Assembly: GCA_009914755.4 (NCBI GenBank)
Contig: CP086569.2
Coordinates: forward strand, 27,584,001 to 27,648,000
DNA length: 64,000 nt
Origin: the human T2T-CHM13v2.0 reference genome, Homo sapiens
Direction: 5' to 3'
Of the stretch, positions 28,750 through 39,281 are shown one piece after another; the first letter of the stretch is position 1, and the number at the start of each line of letters is the position of its first letter. Position numbers and translations under genes: made by a program. The notes beneath the pieces are model-generated. The model saw only the letters and a list, made by a program, of their open reading frames with translations. It ran no database searches and had not been told where the DNA came from.

Positions 28750-31637
28750 GAGTGTAGTTGAATGGAATGGAATGGTATGGAACGTACTGGAATGGAATGG
28801 ATAAGAATGGAATGGAATGGAATCGCATGGAATTGAATAGAATGAAATCGAATTGAATAGAATCAAATGGAAAAAATGGAGGCAAATGGAATCGAATGTC
28901 ATAGAATCGAACGGTTTTGAATGTCAGTGAATGGAAACGAATGGAATGCGATGAAGTGGAGCGGAGTGGAGTGGAAAGGAGTGCAATGGAATAGGGTGGA
29001 ACAGAATTTAATGGAACAGAGTGGATTGGAGTGGACTGGAGTGGAATGGAAAGGGAAGGAATGGGATTGAAAGGAGTGGCGTGCAGTGGAGTGGAGTGGC
29101 ATGGAGTGGAGTGGAGTGGAATGGAGTGGAATGGAATGGAGTGGAATGGAGTGGATTGGAATGGAATGGAGTGCAGAGGAATGGAATGGAATAGTATAGA
29201 GTGGACAGGAATGGAGTGGAGTGGATTGGAATGGAATGGAATGTAAGGGAATGGAACTGAATGGACTGGAATGGAATGGAATAGAATGGAATCGCAGGGA
29301 GTCAAATTGGATTGAATCGAATCGAATGGAGAAAATGAAATCAAATGAAATTGAATGGAATCGAATTGAATGTAAACAATGGAATCCAATGGAGTCAAAT
29401 GGAATCGAATCAAATGGTTTTGAATGGCATCAAATGAAATGGCATGGAAGGCAGTGAATTGGAGTGGAGTGGAATAGAGAGGAATGAATTGGAATGGAGT
29501 GTAGTGGAATGGAGTGGATTCCAATGGATTGGAGTGGATTGGATTGGAATGGAATGGAATAGATTGGATTGGAGTGGTGCAGAGTGGAGTGGACTGGAGT
29601 GCAGAGGAATGGAGTGGAGTGAAGTCCAGTTGAGTGGAATGGAATGGAGTGGAGCAGAGTGGAATTCAAAAGAATGAAGTGGATTGGTATGGAATGGAAT
29701 GGTGTGGAATGGCGTGGAATAGAATGGAATGGAATCGCATGGAATGATATGAAATCAAATCGAATTGAACGGAAAATTATGAATCCAATGGAATCGAAAG
29801 GATTCTAAAGGAATGGATTCGAAAGGCATTGAATGGAATGGAAAGGAATGCAGTGAAGTGGAGTGGAGTGGAGTGGAATGTTTTAGAGTGAACTGGGGTG
29901 GATTGGAACTCTATGGCGGGGAGTGGAGTGAAGTGGATTGGAGTGGAATGGAGTGCAATGGACTGGAGTGGAGTGGAATGGATTGGAGTGGAGTGGAGTG
30001 GATCGGAGTGGAGTGCTGTGGAGTGGACTAGAGTGGGGTGGAGTGGAGTGCATTGGAGTGGAATGGAACGGAGTGGGGTGGAATGGAATGGAATGGAATC
30101 AAATCGCATGGTAATGAATCAAATGGAATCAAATCGAATGGAAATAATGGTATCGAAGGGAAACGAATGGAATCGAATTGTACTGATGCTACTGACTTCG
30201 AGGAAAATGAAATGAAATGCGGTGAAGTGGAATGGAGGGAATGTATTAGGGTGGAATGGAATTGAATGGTGTGGAGTGGAGTGGAGTGCCCAGGAGTGGA
30301 ATGGGAAGAAATGGAATTGAACGGAGTGGAGTGGAGTGGAATGGGGGATAATGGAGTGGAGTAGAGTGGAGTGGAGTAGAGTGGAATGGGTTGGAGTGTA
30401 ATGCAGAGTACAGGAGTGGAGTGCGGTGGACTGGAGTGGAGTGGAGTTGAGTGGAGTGGATTGGATTGAAATAGAGCGGAGCAGAGTGGAATGGAATTGA
30501 ATCACATGGTATTGAATCAAATCGAATGGAATTAAATCGAATGAAAAAATGGAATCAAAAGCAAACGAATGGAGTCAAACCTCATTGGTTAAACTGACAT
30601 CGAAAAATATCAAATGAAATGTGGTGAAGTGGAGTGGAGTGTAATGAAATGGGGTGGAATGAAATTGAATGGAGTGGAGTGGATTGGAGTCTACTGGAGT
30701 GGAATGGAACGGAATGCAAAGGAATGGAATAGAATGCAGTGAAGTGCAGTGCAGTGAAGTGGAGTGGAAAGGAATGGAATGGAATGGAATGGAATGGAAT
30801 GGAATGGAACGGAATGAAATGGTATCGAAGTGAATCGAATCTAATGAAATTGATCGGAAAAAATGGAATGGAGTAGAATCGAATAAGATGGATTCAAAGG
30901 CAACAAATAGAATTGAATGGAATGCGGTGAGGTGGAGGGCATTGGAATGGAGTTGAATGGAATGGGGTATAATTGAATTGAATGGAGTGGAGTGGATTGT
31001 AGTGGACTGGAGTGGAATGGAACGGAATGGGCAGGAATGGAATTGAAAGGGGTGAATTGGAATTGAGTGCTGTGGATTGGAGTAGACTGCATTCTAGTGG
31101 ATTGGAGTGGAAAGAAGTGGAGTGGAATGGAATGGAATGCAATGGAGTGGAGTGGAATGGAATGGAGTGGAGTAGAATGGAATTTAATGGAGTGGAGTGG
31201 AATTGAGTGGAATGGAGAGTAATGGAGTGGAGTGGACTGGAGCGAAGTGGAGTGTAGTGCATTGGACTGTAGGGGATTGAAGTGGCTTGGAGTGCAATGG
31301 AGAGGAGTGGAATGTAATGTAATGGAATGGAATGGAATGGAGTGGAATGGAATCGAATCACATGGAACTGAATCAAATCGAATTGAATGAAATTGAATGG
31401 AAAAAATGGAATGAAATGGAATCAAATCGAATGGATTCGAATGACATTGAATGGAATCGAAAGGAATGCAGTGAGGTGGAGTTGAGTGGAGTGGAGTGGA
31501 ATGGAATGGGATGAATGGAATTGACTGGAGAGGAGTGGAATGGAATGGAATGGAAAGGAATGGAATTGAACGAAATGGAGTGTAGTAGAATGTAGTGGAT
31601 TGGAGTGGAGTGCAGGGGAGTGCAGTGGAATGAAGAG
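28750..31637. repeat. HOR unit A11 (2,888 bp)
   Basis: Phase landmark at 28750. (GGAAT)9 tract at 30771 to 30815. ttcc insertion at ~29520. Confidence 0.85.
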
Positions 31638-32460
31638 GAGTGTAGTCGAATGGAATGGAATGGTATGGAACGTACTGGAATGGAATGGATAAGAATGGAA
31701 TGGAATGGAATCGCATGGAATTGAATAGAATGAAATCGAATTGAATAGAATCAAATGGAAAAAATGGAGGCAAATGGAATCGAATGTCATAGAATCGAAC
31801 GGTTTTGAATGTCAGTGAATGGAAACGAATGGAATGCGATGAAGTGGAGCGGAGTGGAGTGGAAAGGAGTGCAATGGAATAGGGTGGAACAGAATTTAAT
31901 GGAACAGAGTGGATTGGAGTGGACTGGAGTGGAATGGAAAGGGAAGGAATGGGATTGAAAGGAGTGGCGTGCAGTGGAGTGGAGTGGCATGGAGTGGAGT
32001 GGAGTGGAATGGAGTGGAATGGAATGGAGTGGAATGGAGTGGATTGGAATGGAATGGAGTGCAGAGGAATGGAATGGAATGGTATAGAGTGGACAGGAAT
32101 GGAGTGGAGTGGATTGGAATGGAATGGAATGTAAGGGAATGGAACTGAATGGACTGGAATGGAATGGAATAGAATGGAATCGCAGGGAATCAAATTGGAT
32201 TGAATCGAATCGAATGGAGAAAATGAAATCAAATGAAATTGAATGGAATCGAATTGAATGTAAACAATGGAATCCAATGGAGTCAAATGGAATCGAATCA
32301 AATGGTTTTGAATGGCATCAAATGAAATGGCATGGAAGGCAGTGAATTGGAGTGGAGTGGAATAGAGAGGAATGAATTGGAATGGAGTGGAGTGGAATGG
32401 AGTGGATTCCAATGGATTGGAGTGGATTGGATTGGAATGGAATGGAATAGATTGGATTGG
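31638..32460. repeat. HOR unit A12, partial (A-type head, 823 bp) ending at the A/B junction
   Basis: Phase landmark at 31638. A-type sequence runs through 32452 (agattgg). B-type begins by 32468. Already carries some B-like bases, for example 'atggagtggagtggaatgg' at ~32385 where other A units have 'gtgtagtgg'. Confidence 0.8.
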
Positions 32461-32467
32461 AGTGGTG
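32453..32467. other. A-to-B higher-order-repeat junction (breakpoint within a 15-bp stretch identical in both HORs)
   Basis: The last A-diagnostic base is at 32452 (agaTtgg versus B agaCtgg). The first B-diagnostic base is at 32468 (gtggtgTagagtgc versus A gtggtgCagagtgg). Downstream is continuous B-type sequence. Confidence 0.8.
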
Positions 32468-33009
32468 TAGAGTGCAGTGGATTGGAGTGGAGAGGAATGG
32501 AGTGGAGTGAAGTCGAGTTGAGTGGAATGGAATGGAGTGGAGCAGAGTGGAATGCAAAAGAATGAAGTGGATTGTTGTGGAATGGAATGGCGTGGAATGG
32601 AGTGGAATAGAATGGAATGGAATCGCATGGAAGGATATCAAATCAAATGGAATCGAAGGAAAATTATGAATCCAATGGAATCGAAAGGATTCCAAAGGAA
32701 CGGATTCAAAAGGCCTTTAATGGAATGGAAAGGTATGCAGTGAAGTGGAGTGGAGTGGAGTGGATTGTTTTAGAGTGAAATGGGGTGGATTGGAACACTA
32801 TGTGGTGGAGTGGAGTGTAGTGGATCGGAGTGGAGTGCCGTGGAGTGGACTAGAGTGGGGTGGAGTGGAGTGCATTGGAGTGGAATGGAGTGGAGTGGGG
32901 TGGAATGGAATGGAATGGCATCAAATCGCATGGTAATGAATCAAATGGAATCAAATGGAATGAAATAATGGAATCGAAGGCAAACGAATGGAATCGAATA
33001 GCACTGATT
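32461..33009. repeat. Partial B unit tail (alpha-type tail variants) immediately after the junction
   Basis: Matches B offsets ~2580 to 3130. Carries 'ggaatcgaaggaaaattatg' and 'aaggaacggattc', which are alpha-tail markers. Confidence 0.7.
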
Positions 33010-36000
33010 CTACTGACTTCGAAGAAAATGAAATGAAATGCGGTGAAGTGGAGTGGAGTGGAATGTATTAGGGTGGAATGGAATTGAATGGTGTGGAGTG
33101 GAGTGGAGTGCCCAGGAGTGGAATGGGAAGAAATGGAATTGAACGGAGTGGAGTGGAGTGGAATGGAGGGTAATGGAGTGGAATGGAGTGGAGTGGAGTA
33201 GAGTGGAATGGGTTGGAGTGGAATGCAGAGGACAGGAGTGGAGTGTGGTGGACTGGAGTGGAGTGGAGTTGAGTGGAGTGGATTGGATTGAAATAGAGCG
33301 GAGCAGAGTGGAATGGAATTGAATCACATGGTACTGAATCAAATCGAATGGAATTAAATCGAATGAAAAAACGGAATCAAAAGCAAACGAATGGAGTCAA
33401 ACCACATTGGTTAGACTGACATCGAATAATATCAAAAGAAATGTGGTGAAGTGGAGTGGAGTGTAATGAAATGGGGTGGAATGAAATTGAATGGAGTGGA
33501 GTGGAGTGGAGTCTACTGGAGTGGAATGGAATGGAATGGAAAGGAATGGAATAGAATGGAGTGAAGTGCAGTGCAGTGAAATGGAGTGGAAAGGAATGGA
33601 ATGGAAAGAATTGAATCAAATGGAATCGAAGTGAATCGAATCTAATGAAATTGAACGCAAAAAATGGAATGAGTAGAATCGAAAAAGATGGATTCAAATG
33701 GCAACAAATAAAATTGAATGGAATGCGGTGAGGTGGAGGGGATTGGAATGGAGTTGAATGGAATGGGGTGTAATTGAATTGAATGGAGTGGAGTGGAGTG
33801 AACTGGAGTGGAATGGAATGGAATGGGCAGGCCTGGAATTGAAAGGCGTGGAGTGGAGTGGAATTGAGAGGAGTGGAATGGAGTAGGGTGGATTGTGGTG
33901 GAGAATATTGGAAAAGAGTGGAGTGGAATGGAATGGAATGGAGTGGAGTGGAATGGAATGGAAAGGAATTGAGTGAAGTGGAGTGTAGTGGAATGGAGAG
34001 TAATGGAGTGGAGTGGACTGGAGTGGAGTAGATTGCAGTGCATTGGACTGTAGGGGATAGAAGTGGCTTGGAGTCCATAGGAGTGGAGTGGAATGGAATG
34101 GAATGGAGTGGAATGGACTGGAACGGAATGGAATGGAATGGATTTAAATGGCAGGGAATCAAATCGAATTGAATCATATTGAATCAAGTCGAATCTAGTG
34201 GAGGAAAGAAATCGAATGGAATCGAATGGAATGAATTGAATGGAGTCGAATATCAACCATGGAATCGAAAGTAATGTGGTAAAGTGGAGTGGAGTGTTAT
34301 GGAGTGGAATGGAATGGGGTGACATGGAATTGAATACAGTGGAGAGGAGTGGAGTGGATTGGGCTAGAGTGGAACGGAAAGGGAAGGAATGAAACTGAAT
34401 GGAGTGGAGTGGAATGGAGTGGAATGGAATGGAATGGAAAGGAATGGAATGGAATGGAATGGAAAGGAATGGAATGGAACGGAATGGAGTGGAATGGAAT
34501 CAAATCACATGGAACTGAATGAAACCGAATTGAATGAAATTGAATGGAGAAAATGGAATCAAATGGAGTCAAATCGAACGGATTCGAATGTCATTGAATG
34601 GAATCGAAAGGAATGCAGTGAGGTGGGGTTGAGTGGAATGGAGTGGAATGGAATGGGATGAATGGAATTGAATGGAGTGGAGTGGAATGGAATGGAATGG
34701 AAAGGAATGGAATTGAACAAAATGGAGTGTAGTAGAATGGAGTGGATTGGAGTGGAGTGCAGGGGAGTGCAGTGGAATGAAGAGGAGTGTAGTTGAATGG
34801 AATGGAATGTATGGAATGTCCTGGAATAGAATGGATAAGAATGGAATGGAATGGAATCGCATGGAATTGAATAGAATCAAATCGAATTGAATAGAATCTA
34901 ATGGAAAAAATGGAGTCAAATGGAATCGAATGGCATAGAATCGAACGGTTTTGAATGTCAGTGAATGGAAACGAATGGAATGCGATGAAGTGGAGCGCAG
35001 TGGAGTGGAAAGGAGTGCAATGGAATAGGGTGGAACTGAATTTAATGGGACAGAGTGGATTGGAGTGGACTGGAGTGGAATGGAATGGGAAGGAATGGGA
35101 TTGGAAGGAGTGGCGTGCAGTGGAGTGGAGTGGCATGGAGTGGAGTGGAGTGGAATGGAGTGGAATGGAATGGAGTGGAATGGAGTGGATTGGAATGGAA
35201 TGGAGTGCAGAGGAATGGAATGGAATGGTATAGAGTGGACAGGAATGGAGTGGAGCGGATTGGAATGGAATGGAATGGAACTGAATGGACTGGAATGGAA
35301 TGGAATAGAATGGAATCACAGGGAATCAAATTGGATTGAATCGAATCGAATGGAAAAAATGAAATCAAATGAAATTGAATGGAATCGAAATGAATGTAAA
35401 CAATGGAATCCAATGGAATCCAATGGAATCGAATCAAATGGTTTTGAATGGCGTAAAATGAGATCGCAAGGAAGGCAGTGAATTGGAGTGGAGTGGAATA
35501 GAGAGGAATGAATTGGAATGGAGTGGAGTGGAATGGAGAGGATTCCAGTGGAGTGGAGTGGATTGGATTTTAATGGAATGGAATAGACTGGATTGGAGTG
35601 GTGTAGAGTGCAGTGGATTGGAGTGGAGAGGAATGGAGTGGAGTGAAGTCGAGTTGAGTGGAATGGAATGGAGTGGAGCAGAGTGGAATGCAAAAGAATG
35701 AAGTGGATTGGTGTGGAATGGACTGGCGTGGAATGGAGTGGAATAGAATGGAATGGAATCGCATGGAAGGATATCAAATCAAATGGAATCGAAGGAAAAT
35801 TATGAATCCAATGGAATCGAAAGGATTCCAAAGGAACGGATTCGAAAGGCCTTTAATGGAATGGAAAGGTATGCAGTGAAGTGGAGTGGAGTGGATTGTT
35901 TTAGAGTGAAATGGGGCGGATTGGAACACTATGTGCTGGAGTGGAGTGTAGTGGATCGGAGTGGAGTGCCGTGGAGTGGACTAGAGTGGGGTGGAGTGGA

Positions 36001-36140
36001 GTGCATTGGAGTGGAATGGAGTGGAGTGGGGTGGAATGGAATGGAATGGCATCAAATCGCATGGTAATGAATCAAATGGAATCAAATGGAATGAAATAAT
36101 GGAATCGAAGGCAAACGAATGGAATCGAATTGCACTGATT
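33010..36140. repeat. HOR unit B1 (3,131 bp), alpha sub-type
   Basis: 'gggcaggcctgg' at ~33830. Short 'gcggattgg(aatgg)3aactg' at ~35251. 'ggagtggattggaatgg' at ~35170. Confidence 0.85.
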
Positions 36141-39100
36141 CTACTGACTTCGAAGAAAATGAAATGAAATGCGGTGAAGTGGAGTGGAGTGGAATGTATT
36201 AGGGTGGAATGGAATTGAATGGTGTGGAGTGGAGTGGAGTGCCCAGGAGTGGAATGGGAAGAAATGGAATTGAACGGAGTGGAGTGGAGTGGAATGGAGG
36301 GTAATGGAGTGGAATGGAGTGGAGTGGAGTAGAGTGGAATGGGTTGGAGTGGAATGCAGAGGACAGGAGTGGAGTGTGGTGGACTGGAGTGGAGTGGAGT
36401 TGAGTGGAGTGGATTGGATTGAAATAGAGCGGAGCAGAGTGGAATGGAATTGAATCACATGGTACTGAATCAAATCGAATGGAATTAAATCGAATGAAAA
36501 AACGGAATCAAAAGCAAACGAATGGAGTCAAACCACATTGGTTAGACTGACATCGAATAATATCAAAAGAAATGTGGTGAAGTGGAGTGGAGTGTAATGA
36601 AATGGGGTGGAATGAAATTGAATGGAGTGGAGTGGAGTGGAGTCTACTGGAGTGGAATGGAATGGAATGGAAAGGAATGGAATAGAATGGAGTGAAGGGC
36701 AGTGCAGTGAAATGGAGTGGAAAGGAATGGAATGGAAAGAATTGAATCAAATGGAATCGAAGTGAATCGAATCTAATGAAATTGAACGCAAAAAATGGAA
36801 TGAGTAGAATCGAAAAAGATGGATTCAAATGGCAACAAATAAAATTGAATGGAATGCGGTGAGGTGGAGGGGATTGGAATGGAGTTGAATGGAATGGGGT
36901 GTAATTGAATTGAATGGAGTGGAGTGGAGTGAACTGGAGTGGAATGGAATGGAATGGGCCGGCATGGAATTGAAAGGCGTGGACTGGAGTGGAGTTGAGA
37001 TGAGTGGAATGGAGTAGGGTGGATTGTGGTGGAGAATATTGGAAAAGAGTGGAGTGGAATGGAATGGAATGGAGTGGAGTGGAATGGAATGGAATGGAAT
37101 TGAGTGAAGTGGAGTGTAGTGGAATGGAGAGTAATGGAGTGGAGTGGACTGGAGTGGAGTAGATTGCAGTGCATTGGACTGTAGGGGATAGAAGTGGCTT
37201 GGAGTCCATAGGAGTGGAGTGGAATGGAATGGAATGGAGTGGAATGGACTGGAACGGAATGGAATGGAATGGATTTAAATGGCAGGGAATCAAATCGAAT
37301 TGAATCATATTGAATCAAGTCGAATCGAGTGGAGGAAAGAAATCGAATGAAATCGAATGGAATGAATTGAATGCAGTCGAATATCAACCATGGAATCGAA
37401 AGTAATGTGGTAAAGTGGAGTGGAGTGTTATGGAGTGGAATGGAAGGGGGTGACATGGAATTGAATACAGTGGAGAGGAGTGGAGTGGATTGGGCTAGAG
37501 TGGAAAGGAAAGGGAAGGAATGAAACTGAATGGAGTGGAGTGGAATGGAGTGGAATGGAATGGAATGGAATGGAATGGAATGGAATGGAATGGAATGGAA
37601 TGGAACGGAATGGAGTGGAATGGAATCGAATCACATGGAACTGAATGAAACCGAATTGAATGAAATTGAATGGAGAAAATGGAATCAAATGGAATCAAAT
37701 CGAACGGATTCGAATGTCATTGAATGGAATCGAAAGGAATGCAGTGAGGTGGGGTTGAGTGGAATGGAGTGGAATGGAATGGGATGAATGGAATTGAATG
37801 GAGTGGAGTGGAATGGAATGGAATGGAAAGGAATGGAATTGAACAAAATGGAGTGTAGTAGAATGGAGTGGATTGGAGTGGAGTGCAGGGGAGTGCAGTG
37901 GAATGAAGAGGAGTGTAGTTGAATGGAATGGAATGTATGGAATGTACTGGAATAGAATGGATAAGAATGGAATGGGATGGAATCGCATGGAATTGAATAG
38001 AATCAAATCGAATTGAATAGAATCAAATGGAAAAAATGGAGTCAAATGGAATCGAATGGCATAGAATCGAACGGTTTTGAATGTCAGTGAATGGAAACGA
38101 ATGGAATGCGATGAAGTGGAGCGCAGTGGAGTGGAAAGGAGTGCAATGGAATAGGGTGGAACTGAATTTAATGGAACAGAGTGGATTGGAGTGGACTGGA
38201 GTGGAATGGAATGGGAAGGAATGGGATTGAAAGGAGTGGCGTGCAGTGGAGTGGAGTGGCATGGAGTGGAGTGGAGTGGAATGGAGTGGAATGGAATGGA
38301 GTGGAATGGAGTGTATTGGAATGGAATGGAGTGCAGAGGAATGGAATGGAATGGTATAGAGTGGACAGGATTGGAGTGGAGCGGATTGGAATGGAATGGA
38401 ATGGAATGGAATGGAACTGAATGGACTGGAATGGAATGGAATAGAATGGAATCACAGGGAATCAAATTGGATTGAATCGAATCGAATGGAAAAAATGAAA
38501 TCAAATGAAATTGAATGGAATCGAAATGAATGTAAACAATGGAATCCAATGGAATCCAATGGAATCGAATCAAATGGTTTTGAATGGCGTAAAATGAAAT
38601 CGCAAGGAAGGCAGTGAATTGGAGTGGAGTGGAATAGAGAGGAATGAATTGGAATGGAGTGGAGTGGAATGGAGTGGATTCCAGTGGAGTGGAGTGGATT
38701 GGATTTTAATGGAATGGAATAGACTGGATTGGAGTGGTGTAGAGTGCAGTGGATTGGAGTGGAGAGGAATGGAGTGGAGTGAAGTCGAGTTGAGTGGAAT
38801 GGAATGGAGTGGAGCAGAGTGGAATGCAAAAGAATGAAGTGGATTGGTGTGGAATGGAATGGCGTGGAATGGAGTGGAATAGAATGGAATGGAATCGCAT
38901 GGAAGGATATCAAATCAAATGGAATCGAACGAAAATTATGAATCCAATGGAATCAAAAGGATTCCAAAGGAAAGGATTCGAAAGGCCTTTAATGGAATGG
39001 AAAGGTATACAGTGAAGTGGAGTGCAGTGGAGTGGATTGTTTTAGAGTGAAATGGGGTGGATTGGAACACTATGTGATGGAGTGGAGTGTAGTGGATCGG

Positions 39101-39281
39101 AGTGGAGTGCCGTGGAGTGGACTAGAGTGGGGTGGAGTGGAGTGCATTGGAGTGGAATGGAGTGGAGTGGGGTGGAATGGAATGGAATGGCATCAAATCG
39201 CATGGTAATGAATCAAATGGAATCAAATGGAATGAAATAATGGAATCGAAGGCAAACGAATGGAATCGAATTGCACTGATT
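36141..39281. repeat. HOR unit B2 (3,141 bp), beta sub-type
   Basis: 'gggccggcatgg' at ~36958. Long 'gcggattgg(aatgg)5aactg' at ~38381. 'ggagtgtattggaatgg' at ~38309. (GGAAT)10 tract at 37552 to 37601. Confidence 0.85.
37552..37601 (+). repeat. Uninterrupted (GGAAT)10 tract nested in HOR B (exemplar; length and interruptions vary between B units)
   Basis: Exact ggaat x10 followed by ggaac. The homologous tract in B1 (~34421 to 34480) is interrupted by ggaaa and differs in length. Confidence 0.85.

Larger units (their letters stand above)
1..32460. repeat. HOR array A: ~11.3 tandem copies of a ~2,873-bp higher-order repeat (unit lengths 2,853 to 2,898)
   Basis: Identical ORF/sequence landmarks recur at 150, 3023, 5896, 8779, 11646, 14544, 17417, 20270, 23143, 26026, 28899 and 31787. 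The phase landmark 'gagtgtagt[tc]gaatggaatgg' recurs at 1, 2874, 5747, 8630, 11497, 14395, 17268, 20121, 22994, 25877, 28750 and 31638. Confidence 0.92.

Noticed and set aside
33830-33842. Third state 'gggcaggcctgg' in B1 versus 'gggcaggcatgg' in other alpha units: possible third sub-type
   Set aside because: This is a single-base private difference in one unit. It is insufficient to define another sub-type and is treated as an ordinary point variant.
34240-34262. Possible HSat3 10-mer signature CAACCCGAGT, looked for in the 'gaatatcaaccatggaatcg'-type motifs
   Set aside because: I could find only weak resemblance ('caacc' followed by atgga). No convincing copies of the 10-mer or its reverse complement were seen. 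The HSat3-versus-HSat2 sub-classification therefore rests on the dominant pure pentamer content, not on this motif. It is left as uncertain rather than reported.
32461-36140. Apparent violation of alpha/beta alternation at the start of array B (alpha-type tail at 32461 to 33009 followed by alpha unit B1)
   Set aside because: The partial unit is an A-head/B-tail hybrid, so alternation is not expected to hold across it. Only about 550 bp carrying two tail markers is available, which is too little to claim an extra rearrangement.
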